A stretch of 64,000 bases of DNA from a bacterium (GTDB lineage Bacteria > Hinthialibacterota > Hinthialibacteria > Hinthialibacterales > Hinthialibacteraceae): the NCBI GenBank assembly GCA_963662285.2, contig CAXXMV010000002.1, positions 256,001 to 320,000 on the forward strand, written 5' to 3'. Numbering within the stretch: position 1 is the first letter of the stretch; each line of letters begins with the position of its first letter. Both the position numbers and the translations under genes were made by a program. This document shows, piece after piece, positions 10,392 through 19,881 of the stretch. The notes below the pieces were generated by a model. The model saw only the letters and a program-made list of their open reading frames with translations. It made no database searches and was not told the origin of the DNA.

Positions 10392-10530
10392 TTTGAAATG
10401 TCATTCGGTTTTTTACTGTGGAATTAATATCTTAAGGCATTTGTTTTATTAGATTTGTGTCGTAGTAAATATGTTTTAAGCCGAGTGAATATTTATTGTA
10501 TTCTGCCATAAAAGTTTGATAGAACAAAAC

Positions 10531-10570
10531 AAAAACATGGATTCTAATTAATTGAATCCATGTTTTTTTT
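10531..10570 (+). terminator. Intrinsic terminator
   Basis: AAAAACATGGATTC-N9-GAATCCATGTTTTT followed by T run. Confidence 0.75.
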
Positions 10571-10604
10571 ATAGCAAATGCTGGTTCAAATTGATTAAAA
10601 ACTG

Positions 10605-10637
10605 TTGACAAATCTAGAGTTCTTATGGCATATTATT
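10605..10637 (+). promoter_or_regulatory. Sigma70-type promoter of first surface-protein paralog
   Basis: TTGACA-N18-CATATT; same layout as 12519-12551. Confidence 0.7.
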
Positions 10638-10675
10638 GAATGGATTATTCTATTATATTTTTGGAGGTTGTGATT

Positions 10676-12361
10676 ATGAAGAAAAGCTTTGTTTTACTAG
10701 CCGGACTTTTGCTATGCATAAGTCCACTCTGCTTTGGGCAAGTAGGGATATTTGAAAACCAAGGGGACATAGGCGCAGTTGACGCTGCTGGCTCTGTTGA
10801 ATTTGACGAAGCCGAGGATATGTATGTAGTTCAAGCCAGCGGCGCCGATATTTGGAATACTGCTGATGAGTTCTTTTTCGTTTATAACGAAATGACTGGT
10901 CCTTTTACGATCAAAGCCAATGTTTACTGTTTACCTGAAGCTGGTGAACCAACATGGGCGAAAGCTGGTCTGATGGTTCGCAACAACCTCACCGCCGGCT
11001 CATCTCATGGATTCGCCATGATTCGTGCGCAAGGCAATGATTTAGGTCCGCAGTGGCGAGCCACTCAGGGCGGCAGCGGCGCTTCGGATGATTCGAAAAT
11101 CATTGGTGGTATTGAAGGCGAATATATCCAGGGAGGCGATATCGAACTGGAACGTTTTGGGAAAACCCTCAATTTCTACTACATTGATGATGAGACGACT
11201 GAGAGGGTATTTCTTCATAGCATAAACATTCCCGATTTCGAAGATCCTGTATATGTTGGTTTGGCCACAACTTCTCATAGTGACGGCCTCTACAGCATTG
11301 GCGAGTACAAAAACGTCGAAATCATTGAATATCCTTATGGCGTTTCCCGCTCAATTTCGGCTACAGCGGTTGGACCGGGACAAGCCAGTCTTGTTGTCCT
11401 AGAAGCCGAAATCCGTGATAGCGTGACTGACGAGTTAACCTTCGTTGAAGATTATCCCGAAGGTTCAACAGTTGCGAATATCAATGCCAGCGCAGGTCAA
11501 GCCACAGATGATGGCGACAAGATCACCTGGAAGATTTCAGGAGCTCCTGGCATCCAGACGCTTAAGTACGATCTGAATGTTTCCGCCACGGCGCCGGAAT
11601 CCGGAGTTCTTTCCGGAACTTATGATGGCGGCGGTCGCTCAGGTTCCATAGGTGACGTGGTATTGACATTCATGGATATGGATCCAGATGATTTGGGGAT
11701 TTTCCAAGGTCATCAGGATATCGGCGCCCCGGGCGCTGATGGCGGCGTCATTAGAGAAGGAGACACCTGGAAAGTTATCGGAAGCGGTCATGATATTTGG
11801 GACGCCGCGGATGATTTCCATTACCTATGGCTCAAGACCGAAGGCGACTTCACCATGAGCATCGAAGAACCTTACATCGGCTCTTGGGGTCCTAAACCCA
11901 GTTCCAATACATGGCAGAAAATCGGGGTCATGGTTCGTCAGGATCTGACGGCGCCTTCCGCGTTTGCATCTGCCGCTCTTCGTAGTTCCGACCAGGCATT
12001 TATGATACAGTGGCGTGAATCAAATGGCGCCGGCGCTGCTTGGGATGAGCTGACTGCCGCTCCAGTTGTATGGAATCCCAATTGGGATGCAGCAGCAGAC
12101 GGTATAGAAAATCCCACATACGAAGAAGTGTCACATGGTGGAAAGATCATGATCCAGCGCGAAGGCGACTACTTCATGGCCTCTTATGAATATGATGGCG
12201 AAATCTGGGTTCACTCTGAGTATGAAGTAATCATGAACGATCCAGTTTACGTTGGCGTTGCGGTTACTTCTCACGAAGCCGGTTCAACTTCGCAGGGCGT
12301 CTTCAAAAATCCACAATTGGAAGGAAGCATTGTTGGAGTGAAGGACTGGATGCTTCATTAG
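10676..12361 (+). CDS. Secreted acidic protein: two repeated beta-sandwich (ConA-lectin-like) domains around an Ig-like domain; paralog 1
   Basis: GGAGG RBS, signal peptide MKKSFVLL..., two copies of G.DIW..AD / WxKxGxMVR / VYVGxAxTSH, C-terminus VKDWMLH. Confidence 0.85.
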   Translation: MKKSFVLLAGLLLCISPLCFGQVGIFENQGDIGAVDAAGSVEFDEAEDMYVVQASGADIWNTADEFFFVYNEMTGPFTIKANVYCLPEAGEPTWAKAGLMVRNNLTAGSSHGFAMIRAQGNDLGPQWRATQGGSGASDDSKIIGGIEGEYIQGGDIELERFGKTLNFYYIDDETTERVFLHSINIPDFEDPVYVGLATTSHSDGLYSIGEYKNVEIIEYPYGVSRSISATAVGPGQASLVVLEAEIRDSVTDELTFVEDYPEGSTVANINASAGQATDDGDKITWKISGAPGIQTLKYDLNVSATAPESGVLSGTYDGGGRSGSIGDVVLTFMDMDPDDLGIFQGHQDIGAPGADGGVIREGDTWKVIGSGHDIWDAADDFHYLWLKTEGDFTMSIEEPYIGSWGPKPSSNTWQKIGVMVRQDLTAPSAFASAALRSSDQAFMIQWRESNGAGAAWDELTAAPVVWNPNWDAAADGIENPTYEEVSHGGKIMIQREGDYFMASYEYDGEIWVHSEYEVIMNDPVYVGVAVTSHEAGSTSQGVFKNPQLEGSIVGVKDWMLH

Positions 12362-12407
12362 GATTTAGATTAATGTATTAATCTTTTAGTCTTTTAAAGA
12401 CTGAAAT

Positions 12408-12454
12408 ATAGGGGTTTTTGCGCCGCTTCGGCGACGTGGAAACCCCTAATTTTG
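12408..12454 (+). terminator. Intrinsic terminator between the paralogs
   Basis: TAGGGG(G)TTT...CGCCG-CTT-CGGCG...AAACCCCTA followed by ATTTT. Confidence 0.65.
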
Positions 12455-12518
12455 TGCAAAAATTTATTTTATTTGAAGGGCAAAATGCAACGATTTGTTA
12501 AATACTAAATTATACGTA

Positions 12519-12551
12519 TTGACAAATACCTACTTAAGGCGTCATATTATT
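12519..12551 (+). promoter_or_regulatory. Sigma70-type promoter of second paralog
   Basis: TTGACAAAT-N15-CATATTATT, identical layout to 10605-10637. Confidence 0.7.
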
Positions 12552-12589
12552 CTTGGTTTAAGGATATTTAATTTTTGGAGGTTGTTAGT

Positions 12590-14299
12590 ATGAAAAAAAG
12601 TTTTGTTCTTGTATTCGGTCTTATGCTATGCGTAAGTCCAATGAGTTTTAGCCAGTATATTTTCGAAGATGCACCTTTGGGTGATTTCACCAATCAAGCC
12701 TCGTATGGAAATGATTGGGCCGATCCAGAATACAATAGTTATGCTGATGGCGCTTATGAAGTGCTTGGTTCCGGTTCTGATATTTGGGATGCAGCCGATA
12801 ATTTCTTCTTTGTTTACAAAGAAGTTGAAGGCTCTTTCATTATGACCGCTGATGTTGCGTGGGGTGATCAGGAAATTCCCGGCGGCGGCCCGGTAGATGG
12901 AAATGAATGGAAAAAAATGGGTCTCATGGCTCGCGAAGATGCTGAGAGTAATGGTTCACGTCATGCTTTCGCTCTGTTGCGAAGAGACCTACTAGGCGTT
13001 TTGGATTATCGCGCAGAAGCAGACGCCGCTTCCCTGGATGTTAGCCAGATTGCAAAAGCCGCTGGTCAAACAGATACAATTCAGCTGGTTCGATCTGGTG
13101 ACACTTTCTCCATGTTCCGTGGTACGGAAACAGGTGAATTCGTCAGTTTGGGTTCAACAACGATTGTTGATATGGCTGATACCCTTTTTGTGGGTCTTGC
13201 CGTTACGGCTCACGACACCGCAAATCTTGAACGCGCTTTTTTTAGCAACGTAACAATCGAAGCCATTTCGGTTGGCGCTACTATCACACGCAAAACCGAT
13301 AATATAGCGATTGATATTGGCGACTCAGTTGCGGTTGAAGTTGCGGTTGAGATTGAAAAAGGTAAAACCGCTGATGTAACAGTTAAAGAAGTTGTTCCTG
13401 AAGGCTGGCCATTGTCTAACCTATCAGTAAGCCCGGGCGCAGCTGAATTAGTAGGTAATGTAATCACTTGGTCGATTCCTGGCGCGACTGGCGCTGAAGC
13501 TAAAATGACCTATGATCTCGCATCGCCAGCTGGTTTTATCGGGGCAGGAGCTTTTGTCGGTTCGGTTGATACTGGTTCGGATGTATTTCCGACTGGTGGA
13601 CCGATCAGTGTTTCTACTATTCCTCCGGCTGGTTCTGATTTGGGTCTCTTTGATGCTCACGAAGATATCTTTGATACCGAAGAAAATCTGGGCGTCGAAG
13701 GTGATGCGCGTTATGATGCTGTTTCTGGTACTTATGTTGTTATGGGTAGTGGAAGAGATATCTGGGATGCGGCGGATAGTTGTCATTTCTTATACAAAGA
13801 AGTTTCTGCAGATGAAGATGCTTATTTGAAAGCCAATGTTGTTCTAGAGAATGGTTCATCCAGTTCTACCTGGGCTAAAGCCGGTCTTATGGTTCGCGAT
13901 GAACTATGGACGGACGCAGCCATGGGCTTTGCCATGATTCGATCTGATGGCCGTGATTATTCGCCTCAATGGCGTAATGAGAATGGCGCTGCCGCAGCCT
14001 GGGGTGAAGATGCAACTTTGGTCTATGGTGGAACTGACGAAGGTCAGCAGAATGGCGTAATTGAAATTGCTAAAGTTGGCGATTCGGTAATCTTCTCCTA
14101 TTATGATGCTTCTACTGGTGAAAAGGTTGAAGCTCTTAATACCCAAGACATCATCTTAGGAAATGCGGATAACAAATATCTCATTGGCTGCGTAGTTACA
14201 GCTCATGAAGCTGGTTCCGTTAGTATAGGAACCTTTACTGATGTTCAGCTTACAATTGGCGCTCCGCCAGTTGCAGTATCCGAATGGTCACTGTTTTAA
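12590..14299 (+). CDS. Secreted acidic protein, paralog 2 (same architecture)
   Basis: Signal peptide MKKSFVLV..., GSG.DIWDAAD twice, WxKxGLM.R twice, C-terminus VSEWSLF. Confidence 0.85.
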   Translation: MKKSFVLVFGLMLCVSPMSFSQYIFEDAPLGDFTNQASYGNDWADPEYNSYADGAYEVLGSGSDIWDAADNFFFVYKEVEGSFIMTADVAWGDQEIPGGGPVDGNEWKKMGLMAREDAESNGSRHAFALLRRDLLGVLDYRAEADAASLDVSQIAKAAGQTDTIQLVRSGDTFSMFRGTETGEFVSLGSTTIVDMADTLFVGLAVTAHDTANLERAFFSNVTIEAISVGATITRKTDNIAIDIGDSVAVEVAVEIEKGKTADVTVKEVVPEGWPLSNLSVSPGAAELVGNVITWSIPGATGAEAKMTYDLASPAGFIGAGAFVGSVDTGSDVFPTGGPISVSTIPPAGSDLGLFDAHEDIFDTEENLGVEGDARYDAVSGTYVVMGSGRDIWDAADSCHFLYKEVSADEDAYLKANVVLENGSSSSTWAKAGLMVRDELWTDAAMGFAMIRSDGRDYSPQWRNENGAAAAWGEDATLVYGGTDEGQQNGVIEIAKVGDSVIFSYYDASTGEKVEALNTQDIILGNADNKYLIGCVVTAHEAGSVSIGTFTDVQLTIGAPPVAVSEWSLF

Positions 14300-14332
14300 T
14301 TAATTTAATATACTGAATATGTAGTAATAAAT

Positions 14333-14364
14333 CGGGCGGTGGATTAATTTCCACCGCCCATTTT
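14333..14364. terminator. Intrinsic terminator between convergent genes
   Basis: GGGCGGTGGA-TTAAT-TTCCACCGCCC followed by ATTTT. Confidence 0.85.
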
Positions 14365-14400
14365 CAATTTATACAGACAATAATGCTATGCAATAAAAGG

Positions 14401-15798
14401 TTACCATCTAGTTAATAAAACATAAACAAAGTAGGCGATAAGCGCCCCTTGGACTAAAATTGAAATCCAGAAATTCCGTCTCTTTTTTCTGGAAGTATTC
14501 CGGTGATTATCAGGAGAGGCGCAGGACACTATCATGGCGTCAATATTCTTTTGATAGCGTTGTTTAATTTGACTTATGGCTGTTCTGATTTCGGGGTAAA
14601 TGCCTTTATTCTTTATATCAGTAGAGAGCATTTCTAATTCAGGCAAAGCTTCGATAGAAGAAAAACGGCCTAAGAAAGAGACGCATTTTCTTCTGATTTC
14701 GATATGATTATCCTGCAAGCCGCTTCTCATCTGGTTTAAGTATTTGGGATTGCCCAGTTTCGAAAAATATTCAAAAACAGCGTCTCTGACAAAATCAGTC
14801 CCATCACACAGCAAAGGCAGCAAATCATTAGGGATGTTGTAACCATATTGAGTTTGGTATCTTATCACGCCTTCTCTTACCAAAGCGGAACTGGATCGAA
14901 CCATGGCTATTAATGCTTTCGAAACGCGTTCGTCTCCGACTTCGCTTAAAGCGTGAATTCTGTAAAGCAGTTTATCTTCTTCGCCCTCGAAGAGTCCGGG
15001 AAGCATTTCTTCGATTTCTTTTTCCAGGGAACGAATGTCTTCTAATCGAAGTCTCGCAATAAGAAATTCTTCATGAGCTATGGCGATTTTTTCAAAGATT
15101 TTTCTGGCGAGGTCAAGGCATCTGCATTCAATAAATGCTTCTCCTAAATTATATATGATTTTGTAATCGGAGACTTTTTTTCTAAGCATTTGCTCGGTAA
15201 TTTTTCTTGCTTCCGCCATTCTGCCCAGGCGGATGTTGCCCAGAGTTTGCCAATAGCGCGCTCCGATCTTAATGGAATTTTGTTTTTCGTTATTGATGAG
15301 AAGTTGAAAAGCTTCGATAGATTCTTCATATCTTTTCTGTTCAAAAAGAGCTCTTCCCCACAGACCGATGCTCAATGGTTGGATCATGCCGATCATTGAT
15401 GCTCTTTTGAACAGTTTATCTGCTTCAGAATATTCCAGATTTTCAAAGTTCAATCGCGCTAAATGTTCAATAAAGTAAGGGCAGGAGGGTTCGATTTCAA
15501 TAGCTCTTTGATAATGCTCCTGGGCTTGTTCATATTGGCCGTCTTCATGGTAGGCGTAACCGAGGTTGAATTGACTGATGCCGCACGAAGGATCGAGGTC
15601 TACAGCTGCTGAATATTCTTCAATAGCCTCCTCAACCATCCCGCTTTCCAAACGTCTCTTCCCCTCTTCCAGTTTGTGTTTGACGGTGCGTTTTACTAAA
15701 AAAGTTATTTTATCCGGGGAGGAATTTGATATGGTTATTTTGGGCTTATCATTAAATAAGCCATTAATTAATTTTTTACATGAATCTACAAATTCCAC
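14401..15798 (-). CDS. TPR + HEAT-repeat protein with C-terminal membrane anchor
   Basis: TPR repeats (FNLGYAY...G.YEQA..HYQRA), HEAT-like repeats, hydrophobic C-terminal helix. Confidence 0.8.
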   Translation of the reverse strand: MEFVDSCKKLINGLFNDKPKITISNSSPDKITFLVKRTVKHKLEEGKRRLESGMVEEAIEEYSAAVDLDPSCGISQFNLGYAYHEDGQYEQAQEHYQRAIEIEPSCPYFIEHLARLNFENLEYSEADKLFKRASMIGMIQPLSIGLWGRALFEQKRYEESIEAFQLLINNEKQNSIKIGARYWQTLGNIRLGRMAEARKITEQMLRKKVSDYKIIYNLGEAFIECRCLDLARKIFEKIAIAHEEFLIARLRLEDIRSLEKEIEEMLPGLFEGEEDKLLYRIHALSEVGDERVSKALIAMVRSSSALVREGVIRYQTQYGYNIPNDLLPLLCDGTDFVRDAVFEYFSKLGNPKYLNQMRSGLQDNHIEIRRKCVSFLGRFSSIEALPELEMLSTDIKNKGIYPEIRTAISQIKQRYQKNIDAMIVSCASPDNHRNTSRKKRRNFWISILVQGALIAYFVYVLLTRW

Positions 15799-15819
15799 AA
15801 TTTCCTCTTTAATTGAGAA

Positions 15820-15939
15820 CTAGTAGTACGACCAGTTTCTTTTGTCAGGTGATTTTCTGTAATTCACCCTTACCCTTGCCCTCACCCGGCGGGAGAGGGG
15901 ACAAGGTCGCCCGACATAATGAGTTGATCAGAGTACTAG
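15820..15939. mobile_element. MITE-like element with imperfect terminal inverted repeats and internal REP-like hairpin
   Basis: CTAGTA...TGTCAGGTGA / TCGCCCGACA...TACTAG termini enclose CCCTTACCCTTGCCCTCACCCGGCGGGAGAGGGG. Confidence 0.55.
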
Positions 15940-16049
15940 AGCGCTTTTAATAATAGCAATTTCAATCAGAACATCCGCCCAAATACTGCCTTTGCATTGA
16001 TTCTATTTTAACTATAAATGGGATTCTTGCAATAATACAATAAAAAAAT

Positions 16050-17333
16050 TTATTCATGAATTTTCAAATCAGACATAATCCTTCTAAGCTGATCCATAGC
16101 GTAGATACAAGTCTGGTTTCTTACGGCTTCTCTATTACCAAATAATTTTAATTGGACGGAATGTGTTTTCCCCGCATTTCGCCCGATAGATAACCAAACT
16201 GTACCTACTGGTTTCTCAGGCGTTCCACCATCCGGCCCGGCGATGCCTGTTATGGCAATTCCCCAGGTGCTTCCGAATTTTGATAAGACGCCCGCAACCA
16301 TTTTTTCAGCAGTTTCCCGGCTAACGGCGCCGTGTTGCTCTATTATCTTATTATCGATTCCTAAGATTTTTTCTTTAATTAGATTGCAATAAACTATAGC
16401 TCCACCGTAAAAAAAAGTTGAAGAACCAGGCGCCGAGGTGAGTTGAGCGCCTAGCAGCCCTCCTGTGCAGGATTCTGCTACGGCAAGAGTTTCATTTTTT
16501 TCTCTTAAAAGAAGCCCAACGGTTTCTGGAAGCGTCCTATCTCCTTCACTGTAAATAAATTCACCTAAGGCATTTTTAATTTGATCGATGCAATGATCCA
16601 GTTCTTGTTTATCGGCCTCATTTTCCGGAATTATGGAGAGGGTTAAATCGACGTTGCCCGGTTGAGATAAAGAGGAGACGCTAATCTTTGATTCTTCAGA
16701 TAAGGTTTTTCTGACAATTCTATCGATATTTGATTCACCAGCGCAGCAAAAGCGCAGTTTGGTGGATAAACAGGTTTGACGTAAATCGAAACGATTTTGT
16801 AGCAAAGGGATTAACTGGTTTATTATCATCGGCTTAAGTTCCCTGGGCGGACCAGGAAGCGCGGCGATGATTTTATCTTCAAGATCAAAGATCAATCCAG
16901 GCGCAGTACCGTTGGGATTAGATAGATATGTTCCTTTAGTGGGAACTAGCGCCTGTAGGAGGTTATTTTGGCTCATAGGCCTGCCGATGGACTGAAAGCG
17001 CTGTTCCAGTTCCTTACGGGCGTCTGGGTGCTCTGCGAGTGGGATTCCCGTAGCATTGGAGATGGCGTCTCTGGTGATATCATCGAGAGTTGGCCCAAGT
17101 CCTCCGGTAATGATGACCAGGGATGCTTGATTTATGGCATTCTTGATAATAGTGGATAGATCGGAATCATTGTCTCCGGCGATAATGCACTGGGTGCATT
17201 TAAGACCTAAAACGGATAGTTTTCCTGTAATAAATTGCAGATGGCTGTCTTGCCTTTTTCCACAAAGCATTTCGTCGCCAGTAATGATTACGGTGAAAGT
17301 CAAAGGATTGAGGCGTGAAGATTGGTTTAACAT
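16050..17333 (-). CDS. cinA: Competence/damage-inducible protein CinA (MoCF-like + NMN deamidase PncC)
   Basis: GDE.L.G...D, TGGLGPT.DD.T, GTAPG, LPGPPREL, AESCTGG, GAVS, TGIAGP.GG. Confidence 0.95.
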   Translation of the reverse strand: MLNQSSRLNPLTFTVIITGDEMLCGKRQDSHLQFITGKLSVLGLKCTQCIIAGDNDSDLSTIIKNAINQASLVIITGGLGPTLDDITRDAISNATGIPLAEHPDARKELEQRFQSIGRPMSQNNLLQALVPTKGTYLSNPNGTAPGLIFDLEDKIIAALPGPPRELKPMIINQLIPLLQNRFDLRQTCLSTKLRFCCAGESNIDRIVRKTLSEESKISVSSLSQPGNVDLTLSIIPENEADKQELDHCIDQIKNALGEFIYSEGDRTLPETVGLLLREKNETLAVAESCTGGLLGAQLTSAPGSSTFFYGGAIVYCNLIKEKILGIDNKIIEQHGAVSRETAEKMVAGVLSKFGSTWGIAITGIAGPDGGTPEKPVGTVWLSIGRNAGKTHSVQLKLFGNREAVRNQTCIYAMDQLRRIMSDLKIHE

Positions 17334-17375
17334 AGTATTTTAGATGGATTCTCGAGATCAAGATTTTTGATATTT

Positions 17376-18143
17376 TCAATTCGTAGGCATATCTATAGTT
17401 AATGCAAGGGTTAAGGCGAAAACTTTTGCGGCGCCCCTGTCTTTGAATGTTTTAGCCAAGGCATTTATTGTTGCTCCGGTAGTCATTACATCGTCGATAA
17501 TCAAAACAGTAAAACCTTCGACGCTGACCTTTGGACTTATAGTGAAGGCATTGGCTAAATTCTTCATTCGACTTTTGGTATCTAAAGAAGACTGTGCGGG
17601 CGTCGGGCGAATGCGTTGGGCCAGGTCATTCCTCAAGGGTATCTCGGTTTTCAGCGCAATTTCCCGGCTCAGTAATAAGGATTGGTTAAACTCTCTATCC
17701 AGTAATCTTTTTTTATGAAGAGGAACAGGAATAAGAGCGTCAATCTTGTTTATATCTTTATCATAATACTTTTTGAAACCAAGATACAGCATACGAGATA
17801 AAGGGGTGGCTAAGTTTTGTTGATAATTGAATTTCAGCGCATGAATAAGGTTTTTGATGGTTTTGTCTTTGTAAGAATAGACGGATCTGGCTCTATTAAA
17901 ATAAAGTTTGCCGGGGGGGCAAAATTTGCATTTAAGGGATTTTGGATCAGCAGGCGCTGCTAATGGCGCCCCGCATAAGGGGCAGACTGGTTTTTCTATC
18001 ATTTGTAAATGGTGCATGCAGTTAGAGCAGATTGGATTTTTTTCACCAGATATACTGTTTCCACATCCAGCGCAGGTTGGAGGATAGATTAATTCAAAAA
18101 AAGAACTGGCGATATCCCCGATTTCAGATAGAGTGGTTTTCAT
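17376..18143 (-). CDS. comF: ComF family protein (double zinc ribbon + PRTase)
   Basis: CxxC pairs, IPVPLH..R...R.FNQS, IIDDVMTTGAT. Confidence 0.92.
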   Translation of the reverse strand: MKTTLSEIGDIASSFFELIYPPTCAGCGNSISGEKNPICSNCMHHLQMIEKPVCPLCGAPLAAPADPKSLKCKFCPPGKLYFNRARSVYSYKDKTIKNLIHALKFNYQQNLATPLSRMLYLGFKKYYDKDINKIDALIPVPLHKKRLLDREFNQSLLLSREIALKTEIPLRNDLAQRIRPTPAQSSLDTKSRMKNLANAFTISPKVSVEGFTVLIIDDVMTTGATINALAKTFKDRGAAKVFALTLALTIDMPTN

Positions 18144-18148
18144 GATAA

Positions 18149-18186
18149 AAGACCCCTTTGTAATGTATCATATCACAAAGGGGTTA
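18149..18186 (-). terminator. Hairpin/terminator downstream of rny
   Basis: ACCCCTTTGT...ACAAAGGGGT inverted repeat with T-tract on the minus strand. Confidence 0.65.
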
Positions 18187-18217
18187 ATTGATTTATATTT
18201 GAATTAAAAACTAATGA

Positions 18218-19777
18218 TTATTTGGCATAAGATACAGCTCTCGTTTCACGAATAACAGTAACTTTGATGTGTCCGGGATATTGCATCTCTTCTTCGATCT
18301 TCTTCGAGATATCATAAGCGAGTTTGATGGAAGTCTGGTCGTCAACTTCCTCGGGCAGGACCATAATGCGAATTTCTCGACCGGCTTGGATAGCGAAGCA
18401 TTTTTCTACTCCGCCAAAAGATTCGGCTAAATTTTCTAATTGCTGCAAGCGTTTAACATAAGTTTCAATCGTTTCACGTCTGGCGCCAGGGCGAGCAGCG
18501 GAAATTGCGTCTGCGATAAATACGATAACAGCTTCAACAGTCTCCATCTCAACATCTTCATGGTGAGCAGCAATGGCATTTTCGACTTCAGGTTTTTCAC
18601 CTAATTTGCGGGCAATATCGGCGCCGATAGAAGCGTGCGTCCCATCGCGCTCGAAATCGACGGCTTTGCCAAGATCGTGGAGTAAGGCGCCGCGTTTGCA
18701 AAGTTCTACATCTGCGCCAATTTCAGCGGCGATTGCTCCAGCGAGGAAAGCAACTTCTCTAGCATGGTAAAGTTGGTTTTGTCCGTAAGAATATCTGTAT
18801 TTCAAGCGACCGAGAATTTTAATCAACTCAGGATTCATATCGACGATTCCTAAGTCGAAGACGACTCCCTCAGCCTCTTCGCGCATTTCTTCATCCATCT
18901 CTTTGCATATCTTCTGATAAACTTCTTCAATACGGCCAGGATGGATGCGTCCATCCTGAATAAGCCGCTCTAAGGTTTGGCGGGCGGCTTCACGTCTTAC
19001 TGGATCAAAGCAGGAGATTACAACCGTGTCTGGAGTGTCATCGATAATAAGATTCACTCCGGTTAATGCTTCGAAGGAGCGAATATTACGTCCTTCACGC
19101 CCGATAATTCTTCCTTTGATTTCATCAGTGGGTAGTGCGACAGTTGAAACAGTGGATTCATTGACGATTTCAGTGCAACCGCGCTGCATGGTTGTGGTCA
19201 CGATTCGGCGGGCTTCCCGTTGAGCATTTTCCTTGGCATTGTCGGTTATCTGTTTAATGATTTTAGCAGATTCGCGTTTTACGTCTTTTTCTACAGATTG
19301 TAAAAGAAGTTGTTTAGCTTCTTCAGTTGTTAAACCGGATATTTTTTCAAGTTTGCCACGCTCTTCTTGAATTAATCCATCCAGTTCGATATCTTTCTTT
19401 TCCAAATCCTTAGATTGTTTATCTAATTTCTTGGCTAAGGCTTGATTTTCTTTTTCAGCTTTTTCGATTTCTTCGAGATGCTTCTCGATCGTTTCTTCTT
19501 TACGATCAAGTTTCTTTTCAATTGCAGAAAGTTCAGACCTCCTCTCTTTTACTTCTTCTTCGAATTTGTTCTTTTCTTGCAGTACTTGCTCCTTCGCTTC
19601 TATACCGGCTTCTTTACGAAGGGTTTCGGCTTCTTTTCTGGCTTCTTCACGAATCTTGTTTGCCAGTTCCTGGACGCTGCCCATTTGATTCTCCAGGATA
19701 TTTTTTCTGACAATGAAACCAATAAAAAATCCGATAGCAAGACCTGCACCGGGCAAAACATAATAAAGTATATCCAT
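18218..19777 (-). CDS. rny: Ribonuclease Y
   Basis: N-terminal TM, coiled coil, KGRIIGREGRNIR KH domain, LLHDLGK HD domain, AIQAGREIR, YPG.IKVTVIRE. Confidence 0.98.
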   Translation of the reverse strand: MDILYYVLPGAGLAIGFFIGFIVRKNILENQMGSVQELANKIREEARKEAETLRKEAGIEAKEQVLQEKNKFEEEVKERRSELSAIEKKLDRKEETIEKHLEEIEKAEKENQALAKKLDKQSKDLEKKDIELDGLIQEERGKLEKISGLTTEEAKQLLLQSVEKDVKRESAKIIKQITDNAKENAQREARRIVTTTMQRGCTEIVNESTVSTVALPTDEIKGRIIGREGRNIRSFEALTGVNLIIDDTPDTVVISCFDPVRREAARQTLERLIQDGRIHPGRIEEVYQKICKEMDEEMREEAEGVVFDLGIVDMNPELIKILGRLKYRYSYGQNQLYHAREVAFLAGAIAAEIGADVELCKRGALLHDLGKAVDFERDGTHASIGADIARKLGEKPEVENAIAAHHEDVEMETVEAVIVFIADAISAARPGARRETIETYVKRLQQLENLAESFGGVEKCFAIQAGREIRIMVLPEEVDDQTSIKLAYDISKKIEEEMQYPGHIKVTVIRETRAVSYAK

Positions 19778-19881
19778 TTGTAAAACCTCTCTTTATATAA
19801 TCATCCCCGGGGCCAGTTAAATTATTCAAAAAACTGCTATATAAAGAATTGCTCCAGGGGTGTTTTCCAAACTTGAAATAA

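Noticed and set aside
19778-19881. 6S RNA upstream of rny
   Set aside because: Gap is only about 100 nt with no long rod-like pairing, and no zapA/ygfA context.
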